Both the position numbers and the translations under genes were made by a program. From assembly GCA_004431415.1 (NCBI GenBank), contig QPMI01000545.1, positions 124,001 through 188,000 on the forward strand: DNA of 64,000 nucleotides. Reading direction: 5' to 3'. Below are positions 10,314-23,200 of this stretch, piece after piece; within the stretch, counting starts at the first letter, position 1; every line of letters begins with the position of its first letter. The notes beneath the pieces are model-generated. The model was not told the DNA's origin. It saw nothing but the letters and a program-made list of their open reading frames with translations, and did no database searches. This stretch comes from Cyanophora paradoxa CCMP329. Taxonomy: Eukaryota > Plantae > Glaucophyta.

Positions 10314-12004
10314 TCAGTGCTTGTGTTTGTGCTTGTGGTCGTGGCCGTCGGCCTGGAAAGGAATTCAGCGCGGGGCGGGCGCGGCGCGTGGGAGGGACGG
10401 GTGGGGAGGCGCACGTGCTCCCCCTCCCCGTCCTCCGTGTTGTACTTGATCTGAGAAGGCGGGAGAGACTGAGCGGCGGGGCGCTAAGACGAGCGCCGGG
10501 CGGACAGCGCACCGAGTCGAGGGCGGCCTTCGTCTCGTCCTCGTACCGGCGGATGTCGTCGATCGTCATTCCGAACCTGGGCAAGCGGGCGGGCGGGCCG
10601 TGAGCCGCGCGCGCATCGGGCCGGCCGCGCGGCGCGCACCACTCGTCGATCCAGCAGACCGTTTTCCTGTTGTACTTGAAGAAGATGTCGCGCAGCGCCT
10701 GCGGCGTAGGGAAAGACGATAGGGGTGCGGCGTCAGCGGCGCGGGAGGAGGTCGCGCGGCACGCGAGGGTCAGGGGAGGCGCGTTCAGCCCTAATAACCG
10801 TAGTATATTTGTGCGATCAAGGGATTTCATAAGTTCTAGAGCTTGGATATGGTTGTAATCATCGGGCGGTGGTCCCCGAAGAGAATTGACGAGCAGCTAG
10901 GCTGGCCCGCACCTTCTGCATGGTCTTCTCGACCTTGCCCTGGAAGCCGAACATCTTGAACTCGGTCGTGCAGACTTTGTAACAGCACATCATCGGCTGC
11001 CGCTTCTCCTGCGAGCGGGCGCGTCGGCTGGCGGCGGGCGGCGCGGGGCGGGCGGCCAGGCCGGCGGCACCTCCCACTTCTTCTCGGCGATCGGTAGGCG
11101 ACCGGTCTTCGCCGACCGGACCTTGGACGGGTCCTCCGCCTCCAGGTACTCGTGCTTCTCCACCTGCGGGCGGGAAACCTCGTCCCAGACAGGGAAGGAC
11201 CGGCGGCGTGGCGGGCGGACCGGGTCGTGCACGATGTCAACGAACTCGACCGTTCTTTCTTTGAGCGTGTCCTTGTCAAGGTTCAAAGCCTGATCCTCGA
11301 GTTAACGAACCGCAAGGGAGCGGCGCGATGTTAAAAAGAGGCACACGTTCTCGGTCTGCCCGTGGTCGGGCAGGTACATGCTCTCCACAACCATGTTGAA
11401 GCGGTTGCCGAGGAATGGACACTGCTCGAAACAGGAGCATCAGCGGTCAGGCTGCAGGGGAAGTCGTGGCGCTCCGCGCTGGGCGAACCTTGTAAACTGC
11501 AGAGACAGAGATCAGGCAAAAGCGTGAGCGGTGCACGCGCGAAGCATACCAGTCTTGCAGTAAGGGTAGGCGTTCCAGGCCTCTTCCTCGACACGCACAG
11601 ACTTGGGCAGAATGCCGCGGATCCAGGAAGGCAGTTTGCTGTGGGCCGTCGGTTCGGGCGGCGAGAGGCGCGCGCTGGCTCGCACCTTGCGATATGGAAT
11701 ATCTTCAACGTGTACTGCCCTTGTTCTTCGCCGCGCTGATAAGGCTCGTTCTTGACGACTTGAATGCCGTCGCCTTTGCCAGCCATCGACTCTTCCCTGC
11801 TAGACTTCGCGACCATATACAGCTGTGCGACATGATACTGTGCGAGAGGACAGTGAGAGGAAGTGCGGCGCGTCGCGGGCGGGCGTCGGGGGCGCGGACC
11901 TCAGGCACTTCCAACGGGAGCGGAACACGGCTGCAGCGGCGACGACACTTAGCAGCGGCACATTAGAGAAGACTCGCGAGGACGCACTATTCCGTGATTA
12001 GCAT
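10314..12004 (-). CDS. PITP: Phosphatidylinositol transfer protein (class I PITP, START-like); multi-exon
   Basis: MLITEYRVPLP..AQLYMVAK..VKNEPY..GQYTLKIFH..KLPSW..EEAWNAYPYCKT..TGRLP..MCCYKVC..CWIDEWFGMTIDDIRRYE are canonical PITP motifs; ends DGHDHKHKHKH*. Confidence 0.95.
10782..10868 (-). ncRNA. Intronic ~88-nt element, copy 1 (candidate box C/D snoRNA-like RNA or snoRNA-derived repeat), in a PITP intron
   Basis: Differs from the copy at 40352 by 6 substitutions plus a 2-nt indel; sense to host; cCGATGA..ATGA..TTGATCG..CTGA box-like motifs. Confidence 0.55.
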
Positions 12005-12277
12005 GGCGGTGCAAGCAGCGGGCTCTCCTGGGCGCTGTATTCAAGTTGACCAATGGCGCCCGGCGCGCAAGGAGAAGCTGGTCCAAATGCAGGCTGGCGA
12101 CGAGACGAGAATCGCAGTACCGCCGCTCGCCCGACACGCTGATGGCTCGCGGCCGACCTCGACAACGCTGGCGGCTGAGGCTAATCTCAGTTTCCCGTAC
12201 CCGTTTGAAACGCAACTTCCGCTGCGTACAAGCTTCTCGACGCTTACAGGCTTTCCGGCGTTTTACGAGGTGTTGCG

Positions 12278-12733
12278 ATGGTGCAGGGCAAGTTCAAGAA
12301 GGCCGCGCAGCCGATACGGCAGAAGTCGGTGCACGGTGAGGCGATCCGGGCAGCGCCGGCCCAGCTCCGAGTTCTAACCGCAGCGCAGCGCAAGCGCCCG
12401 TGAAGAAAACGATCCGCAAGGTGAAACTGAGCCGCGGCTTGCGGCTGACTGCAGCTGACGCCCGGCGCCGCGCGTAGAGCAAGCAGCCGGAAGACTCGAT
12501 CGGCAAGAAGCTCACCAGCGCGATCACGCGCAGGATCGAAGGCGGTGCGCCAGAACTGGCACTCGTTCGGATCGGCGCTCAGACACGCATCGCGCTTCGC
12601 AGAGATGGCGTCGCGCTGCAAGGCGGACAACACGCCGCTAGCTACAGTCAAGCCTGCAGCACAGGACACCCCCGCTGACGCCGGCAAGAAGAAGGGCGCC
12701 GCCAAGAAGAAGGGCATGGCGAAGACGAAGTGA
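12278..12733 (+). CDS. UPF0390 / Leydig cell tumor 10 kDa protein homolog (C19orf53-like) small basic protein; multi-exon
   Basis: MVQGKFKKAAQP..KKLTSAITRRIE..MASR; the N-terminal MxQG and the KKLT.AI...IE pattern match the family. Head-to-head with PITP. Confidence 0.7.
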
Positions 12734-13578
12734 GGACCGAAGCCTGAAGCTTTCATGATCACCAGTGCAGCATGGACACTACGCAATTGCGCCCTTCAAT
12801 CTTCACGCAAACTAGCTCGGTGGCTTGGCGAGCCGCCGCAGCGCTTGCGCGATACGCGTGTCTCGGAAAGCTTCGAACTCCGGAGTCGGTGCCGGGTCCA
12901 ATTGGGCTTTTGCTACGCCGTCAGCCGAACTCTGGATCCACTGCACGAGTTCGCCGCGCGGCGCCCGCCGTCGCCTTCGAATCGGGTAGACTAGAAGAGA
13001 CTTCTGCTAGCGCTTTTTGTTCCTTTCCCTCTCTTCCGCAATCGATATCGAAATCCAAGTGATTGCAATCACAAGCAGAATCCAACAATTAATATTGCCC
13101 ACAGTGGCCATGCCCCATCGAGCCTCTAGATATGCGGCCTATCTTTCATGATCTCTCAGTCTCGCTGGAGAAACACAGGCGCAGCTCGCGGGCTCTAACA
13201 CGACGAAGGCACTTGCAAACCAAGCGCCGAAAGATGTATTAAATTGACGACACGAGAACAATGTCTGTACAACAAGAAGAGAGGACAAAAAGACGAGCAA
13301 AAGAAAGTTCAAGTGTAAGTGGTACAAAGTCGAGCCTCTCTCGATGAAACGTGGCTACTGCATACAAACCCAGAAGGGCAAAGTTTCCGAACGACATCTA
13401 CAAGAAGAAGTAACCACAATATATCGCAAGTAAACCTAGCACCAAGCAAGAAAGCACTATCAATCAACGACAGGGAAGCCCTGTGTGTGTCACGAAGAAA
13501 AGTACACGGTTCTACCGAGTTCAGTAGTTCTGCATATGATATCATTATAGTCTGCATAAGCTGTTGAGTACGCGTGCT

Positions 13579-14090
13579 TTAAACACTGCACACGCGACCC
13601 GGAAAGGAGCGAGCCTGTTGAAAACGTGGCTGGGAGGACGTGACCACCGGCAAGGGAAGGACAATCTGGCACACAGCTGCATTGCTGTTGCTGAACCGGT
13701 AATCCTGTATAAGGGGGTTGTGGCTCCGAGAAGGTGGTGTTGTGCCGAGGAGGGAGCTGGCGGGGCCATCGGCACCGCCGAGAATGCTGAAGAGCTCGTC
13801 GGCCGGATCATCAGCAAAGACGCTGCGCTGTTGTCTTGGCAGGGTTTCCTTGGCCGGGGCACTGCGGACTGTGTGGGTGCAACGATTGAGGGACGAACTC
13901 GGAGAGCCGCAATTGGCACCTTGAGCACGCTCGAATCGCTTTGGGTGCCACAATTCCAGGACAAGAGCTGCTTGGTGATCCACACTCCAGCAGGGATCGC
14001 CGCAGCTGAGACCAAGCGTCAGGGCTGGGACCGCGGAATATGAAAGTGGGGAACTGTCGAAGAGCGCACAGAAGAGCAGGCTTGCCGCAT
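13579..14090 (-). CDS. Hypothetical small protein resembling a plant uncharacterised family (xSPPxRxxNPLIQDxxF motif); boundaries uncertain
   Basis: ORF 13579-13983 contains DELFSILGG..LLGTTPPSRSHNPLIQDYRF; lower-GC region. Confidence 0.45.
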
Positions 14091-14655
14091 TTCTGCACTA
14101 CTACTATATAAACTGAAAACAAGAAGCTGCCTGGCCAGTGGGGGAACGCGCCGTGAGCAAAACGAGACGAGAGGGCAAGACGGCTGGGGGGACTCTGACT
14201 CACCCTAAATCTAGCAGACGCTGCGCTCCTCAATCGCTGCAGCGGTCCGTGGCTCCTCCCTGTGCGCCGGTCGCAAGGACGGCAAACCGACCTCTGCTGA
14301 GCTCTTCACGCGGGAGGGTACGGGGATTCGAAGTCTCTATGCGCATGCAAAGTTGTGTCACGTCAGCATGCGCAATTACCATCGCAAGCTCGAGCTAGCG
14401 CTCGCCGCGCCGGCGCCGGCGCCAGCGCTTAATTATAAGTTATAACCAGCCTCGACTTGGCCCTCATCATCAAGGGCCGTCAAGGCGCCGACAACGGCTG
14501 GCGTTGGCTGCGCATGCGCATGCTGCGCAGCAGCGCGCTAGCTATAGTAGCCTAGTAGTATCAGCGATACTGCTCGACGAAGTAGTTGGTTCGTTTTCCT
14601 TCCAGGCCTAGACTGACCAACTAAACTAGAACAATCGGGCCCAGGGACATGGGCG

Positions 14656-17122
14656 CTACGGTTGGGAGGAGAGCGGGGCCGAAGATCGAGAAGCGGAGGC
14701 GGAGGGTGGGCGGCCGACGTCGGGCAGGTCGGCGAGGGGGCCGGAGGGCGGGGGGCTGCCCCGCGGGGAGCCCCCGGCCGCGGGGGCGAGCGGGTCCACT
14801 GGGGGCGGAGATCTAGAGGAGGACGGCGGGCGGTCGCTTCCGGAGGGGTTGGCGGGGGCGGGAACGCCGGCGGAGGGCGGGCGTGGAGGTGGGGCGGGGT
14901 GCGGGGCGCTGCTGGGGGGCGTGCGCGCGGCCTCGCTGACTGAGCCGGAGCCCGGCTGCGATTGCACGAAGAAGGAGCGTTCCTCGCCCCTGCGCGGGCC
15001 GTATCGGCGGCGGGCCGGTCCCGGGGCGGGGAAGGAAGGCAGGGGAGCTCACCAGGGGCCTGTCAAGGTCACTGTCTGACGAACCTGCGCCCGGCGAGAG
15101 TCAGCCCGGGAGAGGAGGGCGCGGAGGGGGCGCGCACGGTGTACGTGTTGAGGCTCTCGGAGGAGAGAGCCGAGCCGGGGGAGGGCGGGGCGGGCCCGGA
15201 GAAGGAGGTGGTGTCCTGGTTCGCCTCGGAGGGGGCGGCCTTGGGGCGCTGGGAGGGGGGGAAGGCCAGGTTCTGGGCATCCCCCAGGAGGGAGGCCGGG
15301 GGCGAGAGGGCCACGCGGGCGAGGTCCCCGGCAAGGGAGTGGTCCCACTGGACGGCCGCCCCGGGGCCCGCGGCGGCGGCGGCGGCGGCTGGTGCGGCGG
15401 CGGCGGCGGTGGCGGCGGAAGGGCCCGCGAGCCCCATCTGGAATGCGATCGCGGCGTAGTCCTGAGGCTGCCTCATTTCCGTCGCCCGGCAATCCGCCAG
15501 CACCATCGGGCGGCCCGCCCCCGCCGCGGGGCCCGCGCCCCCCTGCGCCGTCTCAGGCGCGCTCGAAGGAAAGGGAAGAGGCGGGGGGGGCGGAGGGCGG
15601 GCCTGGAGGGCGGAGTGCACGAGGTCGGCGGTCTCGCTGAGGACGGCGGCGCGGATGTGGGCGGGGACGGGCCGGATCTGCTGGACCTTGCCGTCGCGCA
15701 TCTGCACTACCTTCGTCGCGTAGTTCTTCAGCGCCACGTCGTGCGTCACCTGCCCGCCCGCCCGCTCGGCCGGCTTCCCCGGGGCCCCCGCCGGGGCGTG
15801 TGGGCGGGCGGCGCACCATGATGCAGGTGATGCGCTCGCGCACGTTCAGCTCCGTCAGGAGTTGCATCACGATGCGCGTGTTCTTGGTGTCCAGGTCGCC
15901 CCTGCGGCGCGCGTCGGGCGCCGGGCGGCCGCGCGCCGCGCCCCGCGGGCAGCGCACGTCGGCTCGTCGAGGAGGAGGACGTCCGGTCGGTTGGCAACCG
16001 CGCGGGCGATGGTCACCTGCTGCGCTTCAGGCGGGGCCGACGGCGACGGCGCGAAACTCGCCCGGCGCACCCGCTGCTGCTCGCCGCCGGAGAGCTGGTT
16101 GGGAAAGTGGTTCAGGCGATGGGAGAGCCCCATGCGCTCCAGCAGCTCTGGAAGGGAATTAGCCGGCGAGACAGGGCCGGCGCGTGGCTCCGCGGAGCTC
16201 GGGGACCTTTCGCGCGGGCGCGGCGCTGGGCAGCGGACAGCTTGCCGGCGAGGACCATAGGCATCTCAACATTCTCCAGGGCGGTCATAGAGGACAGCAG
16301 ATTGAAAGTCTGGAAGACGAATCCTGCGGGGGCGGCTCAGTTGGCAAACCGGCGGGCGGGGGTCGGAGGCGGCGGCGCGGACCAATCTTTCGCAGGCGAA
16401 TCTCCGCCAGCTCTGCATCGGAAGTCCTATCCGTGATCGCTGAACGCACGTGCGTTAGGACAACGAGCTCTGGCGTGCGTGGCAGCCAGTGGGCGCACGC
16501 AAGCCTCCGATCCACAGCTTGCCCTTCGTCGGCTTGTCTGCGCAGGGGACATCGGCGGGCGGGCGGATTGCAGTTGAAGCTAGAATAGTTGAATGCTCAC
16601 CGATAGTCCCAATGATGTTCAGGAGCGAGGTCTTGCCTGCGAGGCATCCGGGATCAAATTGCGCAGGGCAACCGCAACCGGCGCTCGCACCTCCGCCGCT
16701 GGTGCCGTAGACCGCGACAAACTCTCCTCTCCTTATTTCAAGCGAGACACCCCTGCAGCAGGGCGGCCACGTGAGCTTCTTGCCAAAAGATAGGCGCCCA
16801 CGCGGCGCTCAGGATGCACCGCAGCGCTGGCACGCCCTCTATGCCGAGTAGGTATCTGTGAGTGGGTTAGTTGTGCCGCACGTAAGCGGGTGGTCCGCGC
16901 GGGCATGCAGTTCTCGAAAGCGGGTTTTCCAGCGCTAGCAGGCTCAAGCGGTATTTCCAACGCACGTTTTCTGTATGTTATCCAATTTCACAACCACATC
17001 CTCTTCCCGGAGCGCGCCAGCAGGCGGCTGCGGACGGTCACACCGGCCAGCACAGCGCAGGCTCACGTGCTGCAGGGTCTCACCACGACAGGCGGCGGCT
17101 CCGGTGGCTCAGGGAGCATCAT
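14656..17122 (-). CDS. Stand-alone ABC ATP-binding protein, LolD/MacB-like (protist ABCH type); multi-exon
   Basis: KT|[12 protein letters not shown]|[20 protein letters not shown]|[12 protein letters not shown]|[35 protein letters not shown]|[20 protein letters not shown]|GDLD..MV|THD; no TM segments; Pro/Ser-rich tail. Confidence 0.92.
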
Positions 17123-17230
17123 TGTGGGGCGCCTGAGCACGTCCCCGCTCCAGCCTCCACGTCTTCAGCCCGTCGTCTTGTGGTTGCTGGGTACGCGAAC
17201 CGGCAGGCGGTTCCTCGGCCTCGCTTGAAA

Positions 17231-20200
17231 ATGGGCGACGTGGCGGAACTCGATGCCATCCTGACACGGCTGGTGCGGGCGCTCCAGGGCGCAGCCGTCG
17301 GCCGCGTCCGCCCGGACGACATCCTCTGCGTGCTCACGCGTGGACGTACGCGATGCGCAGGCGGTCACGCCGGAGGACCGGCTGCAGCTCGTGCTCTCCA
17401 AGCTGCTGCCTGTGCGCCCGCGGCGCCCGCCACTTTCATGCGCTAAGCCGGCTCCGCAGGCGGTCATCCGCACGCTTCGCGGCGGCGACCCGGCTGTCCT
17501 CAAGAAGGCGAGTGTGCGAGCGGCGCGCGATGCGCGTCCCGCTGACAGCTGGCCGCAGGCGATGGAAGTTCTCTCACACTGCAAGTGCGCGGGGCCCGCT
17601 CCCCTGGCCGGGGCCGTCGCGCTCATTGCCGGCGCGCAGCAAACGTGTGAAGGTGCAGCCGTCGATCCAGCTGCCCATCGCCGACCTGCTGGCCCTGTTC
17701 AAGGAGCCCAGTGCGTCGCCCGCGCACGAGCGTACGCGCCTCACGCCGCGGGGCAGCCACCACCAATGTCATGCAGAACTTCTGTCTGGTGTACCTGGGT
17801 GCGCTCCCGCGTCCGTGTACGACCAGTGCTGCTCACCGCCCCTGTCCAGAGATGGGCTTCGCTCGGGCGCCGGTCGCGGTCCGCGCTCCGCCTGCCCGCC
17901 GACGCCACCGCCCGCGGCGCTGAATTCGGCGCGCGCCGCTCCGCAGGACCGCGCGCCGCTCGTCCCGGCGCTCCTGGACGGCATCGCCTCCCGGCCGGCC
18001 ACGCAGCAGGAGATGGTGCGCTCGTGCATGCGCCCCGCGCCCGCCGCCGCCGCCGCGCCGCCAATCTCGCACACACGAGCGCAGATCCTCCACATGGCGG
18101 TCGCGGCCCTCGACAAGTCCAAAATGCCCCTCGTCCGCCCCGCCCCGCCCCGCCCGTCTTCCCGTCCCGGCCGGGCCCGACCCCTTCCCGCGCCAGGACG
18201 CGGCGGAGCGGAAGGCGGCGTACGTCTTCGCGCAGAGCGCGGCGGACCGCGCGCTTTTTTTGGACTTCGCGATGGACTTCCTCCTCTACGTCCCCCTACC
18301 CCCCGAGAAGGACCCCGCCGACCCCACCAGGCGAGCCGCCCGTCTATATCCGGGCCGGCCCGCGCTAAAGATAGAGCAGGACGTTCCAGCCGACGCCGGC
18401 GGGGATGAGCGCGGCGGCCGTGAAGCGCGTCCTCCGCGACAAGCCGCCCCCGACCATGGACGCCCTCTCCAAGACCAAGGCGCATTTCCTTCTTTCCTCC
18501 GCCTCCCCCCAAAATTGTTTTGAATCCTGTACCCTCAGGTGGAGCTGGTGACGTTCCTTGCGAGCGGCGTATTCCCCGAGGCGGCGATACTCCCCCACGT
18601 CCTCGTCGCGAGCTGCGACCCGAGGCCCGCCCCGCCCCGCCCCGCCCCGCCCCGCCCCGGGGCTCCGGGGCCGAGCTCGCGGCGCAGCGGGGCGGTGGGC
18701 CGGGCGGCCGAGGAGGCCACCAGGAAGCAGGGGCGCATGGACCTCGACGCCCCGGAGGCCCGCCCGCCCGCCCTCCCCGCCCGCCCTCCCCGCCCACCGC
18801 CTCTGAGACCTGGGCGGGGCCGCAGGCCGTGGCCCCCCTCTTCTCCCTGTACCTCGGCCGGGGCGACCGTTCCCCGGCCTCCCTCCCCCTCAAGGCGCCC
18901 CGTACCCCTCTCCGCACCCTCCCCGCCCCGTTCTGAACCCGTACCCCCCAGGCGAAGATCGTGCCGTACCTCTGCCGCTCCGTGGCCGCCGCGAACCGCT
19001 TCCCCGACACGCTCTCCGTCGTTTCGGACTGCGTTTACGGTACCCCAAGCCATCCGACTCGGCGTACCCCTCTCTTCGCGACGGCCGCGCAGGGGCGGCG
19101 GCGGGCGTGAAGCTGAAGCACGCGGGAATGCAGTTTGCTGTATGGGTCTTCAAGCAGGCGCGAACGCATTACTCTCTTTAACGAGCCGCCTTATAATAAG
19201 ACTCCTCTCTCTCTCTCTCTCTCTTCAGGCGCGGGAGGAGGAGCTGCTCCCGGCGGCGGGCCAGATCAAGGAAGGACTCCTCCGCCTCCTCGCCCAGCTC
19301 CGCGCCGAGGCCGCCAACGGTGCGGTACCCCCCTCCGCCCCTCCCCCACTGTACCCCTCTCCCTTCTGATCCTCCTTCCCTCGGGCAGCGAACCACGAGG
19401 CGCAGTCTCTCCGCGAGTTCACGTGCGGCCCCCTTTCCTTCACCCCCCCCCCCCCCCCCCCCCCCCTCAACTCCCCCCCCCCCCGCAGGTACGTGGCGGT
19501 GGGGCAGCTGGCGCGGCGGGCGGGGGCGCTCTTCGCGGGGGACCTCGCCGTCCCCGCCCTCTTCTTCGACGCCCTCGCCTCGTGCGCCCCCGCTGGGCAG
19601 ACGGGCTTAAGGGCAGCGTTTGGCTTGGCCGGCCTGACGCCGGGGCCACGGCTCGCAGGGAGACGCCGAACGCGCGCTACTCGGTGCAGGAGGGCCTCTC
19701 GGCCCTCTGCGCCGCCTTCAGGGGCGCGCCGCTGGGCCCCCTCGAGCCCGAGCTCGAGGCGCTGCTCCTGCGGGCCATCTCGGGGACCGAGCACCAGCCG
19801 CGCCTCGCCGCCGTCCAGTGGGGCTCCGCCCTCCTCCCCTTCCGCCACCCCGCCGCCCGCTTCCTCTGCCTCCTCGGGCAGGCCGACCCCCGCCCCGAGG
19901 TCCGCGACGAGGCCGCAAAGGGTACGGCTTTCCCTTCCCCTCTGCCCCCTCTTTCCTGAGGGCCGCGGCAGGCCTGGCGCCCCCCGCGCCGGCCCGCCCG
20001 AAGCCCGGCGAGGCCGCGCCCCCGCCCGACCCGCGGGACGCGTACCCCTCCTTCCCGGAGATGGTCGCGTACGCCGAGCGCATGGCGAAGGAGCTCCCCG
20101 TCCTCATGGCCCGTACCCCCCGCTGCTTCACCCCCCCCCTCTTTCTTACCCCTCTGCAGGGCCGGAAGGGCTTCGAGGCCGGGGGCGTGACCGCCAGCGG

Positions 20201-23200
20201 GCCCGCGTTCCCGTTCCCTCACGACGTCTTCGACCGGGTACCCTCCGCACCCACCCGGTCCTTCCGGTACCCCTCTCACACCTTTCGCCGCAGCTCATCG
20301 ACTTCCTCCGCGCCTGCCTCGCCGCCAGCGCCAAGGCCGCCTCCAAGGCCCGTACCCCCCTCCCCCCCAACGCCCCCTCCCCGCTCCGAATCACGTACCC
20401 CCAGAGCCTGGGGGAGTACCTGGCCTCCGAGGAGGTCGCGAAGCCGCTGGAGGCGTACCGCGGCCTCGTCGAGCAGGCCCGCGTACCCCCAAACACCGCA
20501 GCTTTTTTACGCAGCCCCCGGCTCGCCTTACGCCCCGGGCAGGCGCTGCACCCGGCGGGGGCGCACGACGTGCTGCGGGCGGCCTCGGCGGCCCTCTTCG
20601 AAGTCGTCTCCGAGTGCCCCGCCGCCGCCCGGCCCCTCTACGGCCACCGGTCCCCCTTTTGATCCCTTCCTCCCTTTTGATATCTTTTGATCTGTCTGCG
20701 CCAGGCTCAAGTGGGTGCGCGGGTTCCTCACCGTCTCCTGCGCCGACGCGCGCGAGACAATGGCCCGCGTCCTCGGTACCCCCCGTTTCCTTCCCCCCCT
20801 CCTACCTCCGGCCCCGCTCGCGTCTGACGTCCGGGGGGCGCCAGGCGCCGTCGCGGGCTCCCTGCCGGACGGTGCGAGCCCCCTTCCTCCCCCCCTTCTC
20901 CTCCTGCTCCTCCGCCCTTCTTATACCGGCGCAGCGGGGGCGGTGGGGGAGATCGCCGCGGACCTGCTGAAGGCCGTCGCCGAGTCCGACCCTCACGCCG
21001 CCGCCCACGCCAAGGTCGATTGGATCTCAGATTTGATCTTAGCTTTCGCCGCGCTCCCTTCCTCTCTCTTCTAATCCGCGGGCAGCACGGGGCGCTGCTG
21101 GGCCTGGCGCACGTCATCGCCTGCACGGCGGGCAAGCCCTCGTGCGTCCCACGCCCCGCCCCCGCCCCCGCCGCCGCCCGGCAGGCTCTGAAGGGGGCGG
21201 CCCCGCCCCGCAGGGCCCTCCCCGAGGGGACCGTCCGCGAGGCGCTCGCCCTCGCCTACCGCAGCCTCGACGCGTGCGGCCGCACCCGTACCCCCCTTCC
21301 TCTAATCCAATCTTAAACTTCGTCAGGCCGGTCTCGGAGGTGGCGGCGGCGGCCTGCTCGGCCCTCGGCGTCGTTGGCGGGTGCGGCGGCTCTTCTTTTT
21401 AATGCGAACGAAACGCGCCCGCACCGTTGTATCCCCCGGCCGACCGTGGCGGTGCCCGCCCGGCGCAGGCGGGCGCCGCTGCCGCTGCCGGAGGGCTCGG
21501 CCGAGGAGCCAGAGGCCCGCAAGCGGCGGCGCAAGGAGAAGGAGGAGGGCAAGAAGGAGGAGGGCAAGAAGGAGGAGCCGGAGGTCCCCCCCCTCCCCCC
21601 TCACCCACCCCCCATTCCCGTCATCTGAGCCGCTCTCGCGCTCAGGTGACGCGCTGGCGGGTCGCCGAGCGCCTCTCCGACCTCCTCGAGGCCGGCGACG
21701 TCAAGGCCCGCGCCAACCCCCCCTCCCCCCCCACTCTCCAATCCACTCTCATCTAATCGAAGGTTGTGGAGCGGGCGGCGGGGGCGCTGGGGGCGGTGCT
21801 GGTGGGGGAGCCGGCGGCGGCCTTCGCGGGGCCGGCCGTGGAGGCCCTCCTCGCCCTCGCCCCCCGCAAGGACGAGCAGGCCAGCCCGCTTTCTTTCTTT
21901 CTTTGGGGTCTTAGGTTGCATTCTGAATCTAAGGGGCTTTGAATTTAAGGGAATCCAAGGGCTTCTTTAGGGACCTCGGTTTCGTTGTTGATTTGTGAGC
22001 GTTTGGGGCGCAGCTGCACTTCACGGTGGGGGAGACGCTGGCGGCCATCGGGGCCCGCCCCTCGCCCGTCCCCGCCGGCGAGCCGGCCTCCGCCCCCGTC
22101 GGTGCCCGCCCCGCCCTCTCCCCTCCCTCCCTCCCCGCACTTTCTACTAAGCTTCCCTATCCTATCTTTCTACTAAGCACTTTCTACTAAGCTTCCCTAT
22201 CTTTCTACTAAGCTTCCCTATCCTTCCCTGCATTTCCGCGCCTCCGACCCATCCCACCCGCCAGACTCGATGGAAGGGATGCTGGAGCGGGTGCTGCGGC
22301 GGAACGTGCTCGAGGGCTCCCCGCTCCAGCGCGCCGCCGGCGCCATCTGGCTCCTCGCCATCGTCCGCCAACTACGCCCTTGTTGTTGACGGCTCCGGCC
22401 GACGCCTCTCCCCCCGTGCAGGTGAAGCACGGGGGCGGGCACGGGGCGGTGCAGCGGCGGCTGCCGGACGTACAGGCCGCCTTCTCGCGCCTCCTCTCCG
22501 ACACCAACGGCCCGCCCTCCCGCCCTCGCTCCCCCGCCGACTCGTCGGGAGCCCCGCTGACTCCCCTCCTCCCCCCTCGCCGCAGAGGTGACGCAGGAGA
22601 TCGCGTCGCGCGGCATCGCCCTCGTCTACGAGGCCGGCGACGAGGCCACCAAGGTCCGCCCCGCCCCGCCCGCAGCGAAATGCTCCGCCCCGAAGCGAGA
22701 GGCAATCTAGAGAGAACGAGACGAGCCCTGGCCGGCCGCGCCCTCCCCTTCCCTCCCCTCCCCTTAGCTGACGGCGCCCGGGGCGCGCGCAGCAAAAGCT
22801 GGTGCAGCGGCTCATGGAGACGATGACGGGCAGCGAGCGCGGCCGCATCCAGGCGCGGCGCTCCCCCTTCCGTCCTCGAAAAACTTTTCATAGCGCCTCT
22901 GGCGCTGACGCCCGCCCGCCCCCTCCGTCAGACGGCCATCACGCCCGACGCGACGCTCTTCAACGAGGGTATGTCCCCCGCCTCCTCCTCCCCCCACCCG
23001 CCCGCCCCCTCTTCCCTCCTCCTGCAGGGGCGCTGGGGGCGGCGCCGGACGGCGGGGGCCTCTCGACGTACAGGGAGCTCTGCGCCGTCGCCTCCGACCT
23101 CGGCAAGCCCGACCTCATCTACAAGGCCCGGCCCCGCGCCCCGCGCCCCGCGCCCCGCGCCCCCGTCCTGCTTAGAAGCACGTCTGCCTCGGTGGGGCCC

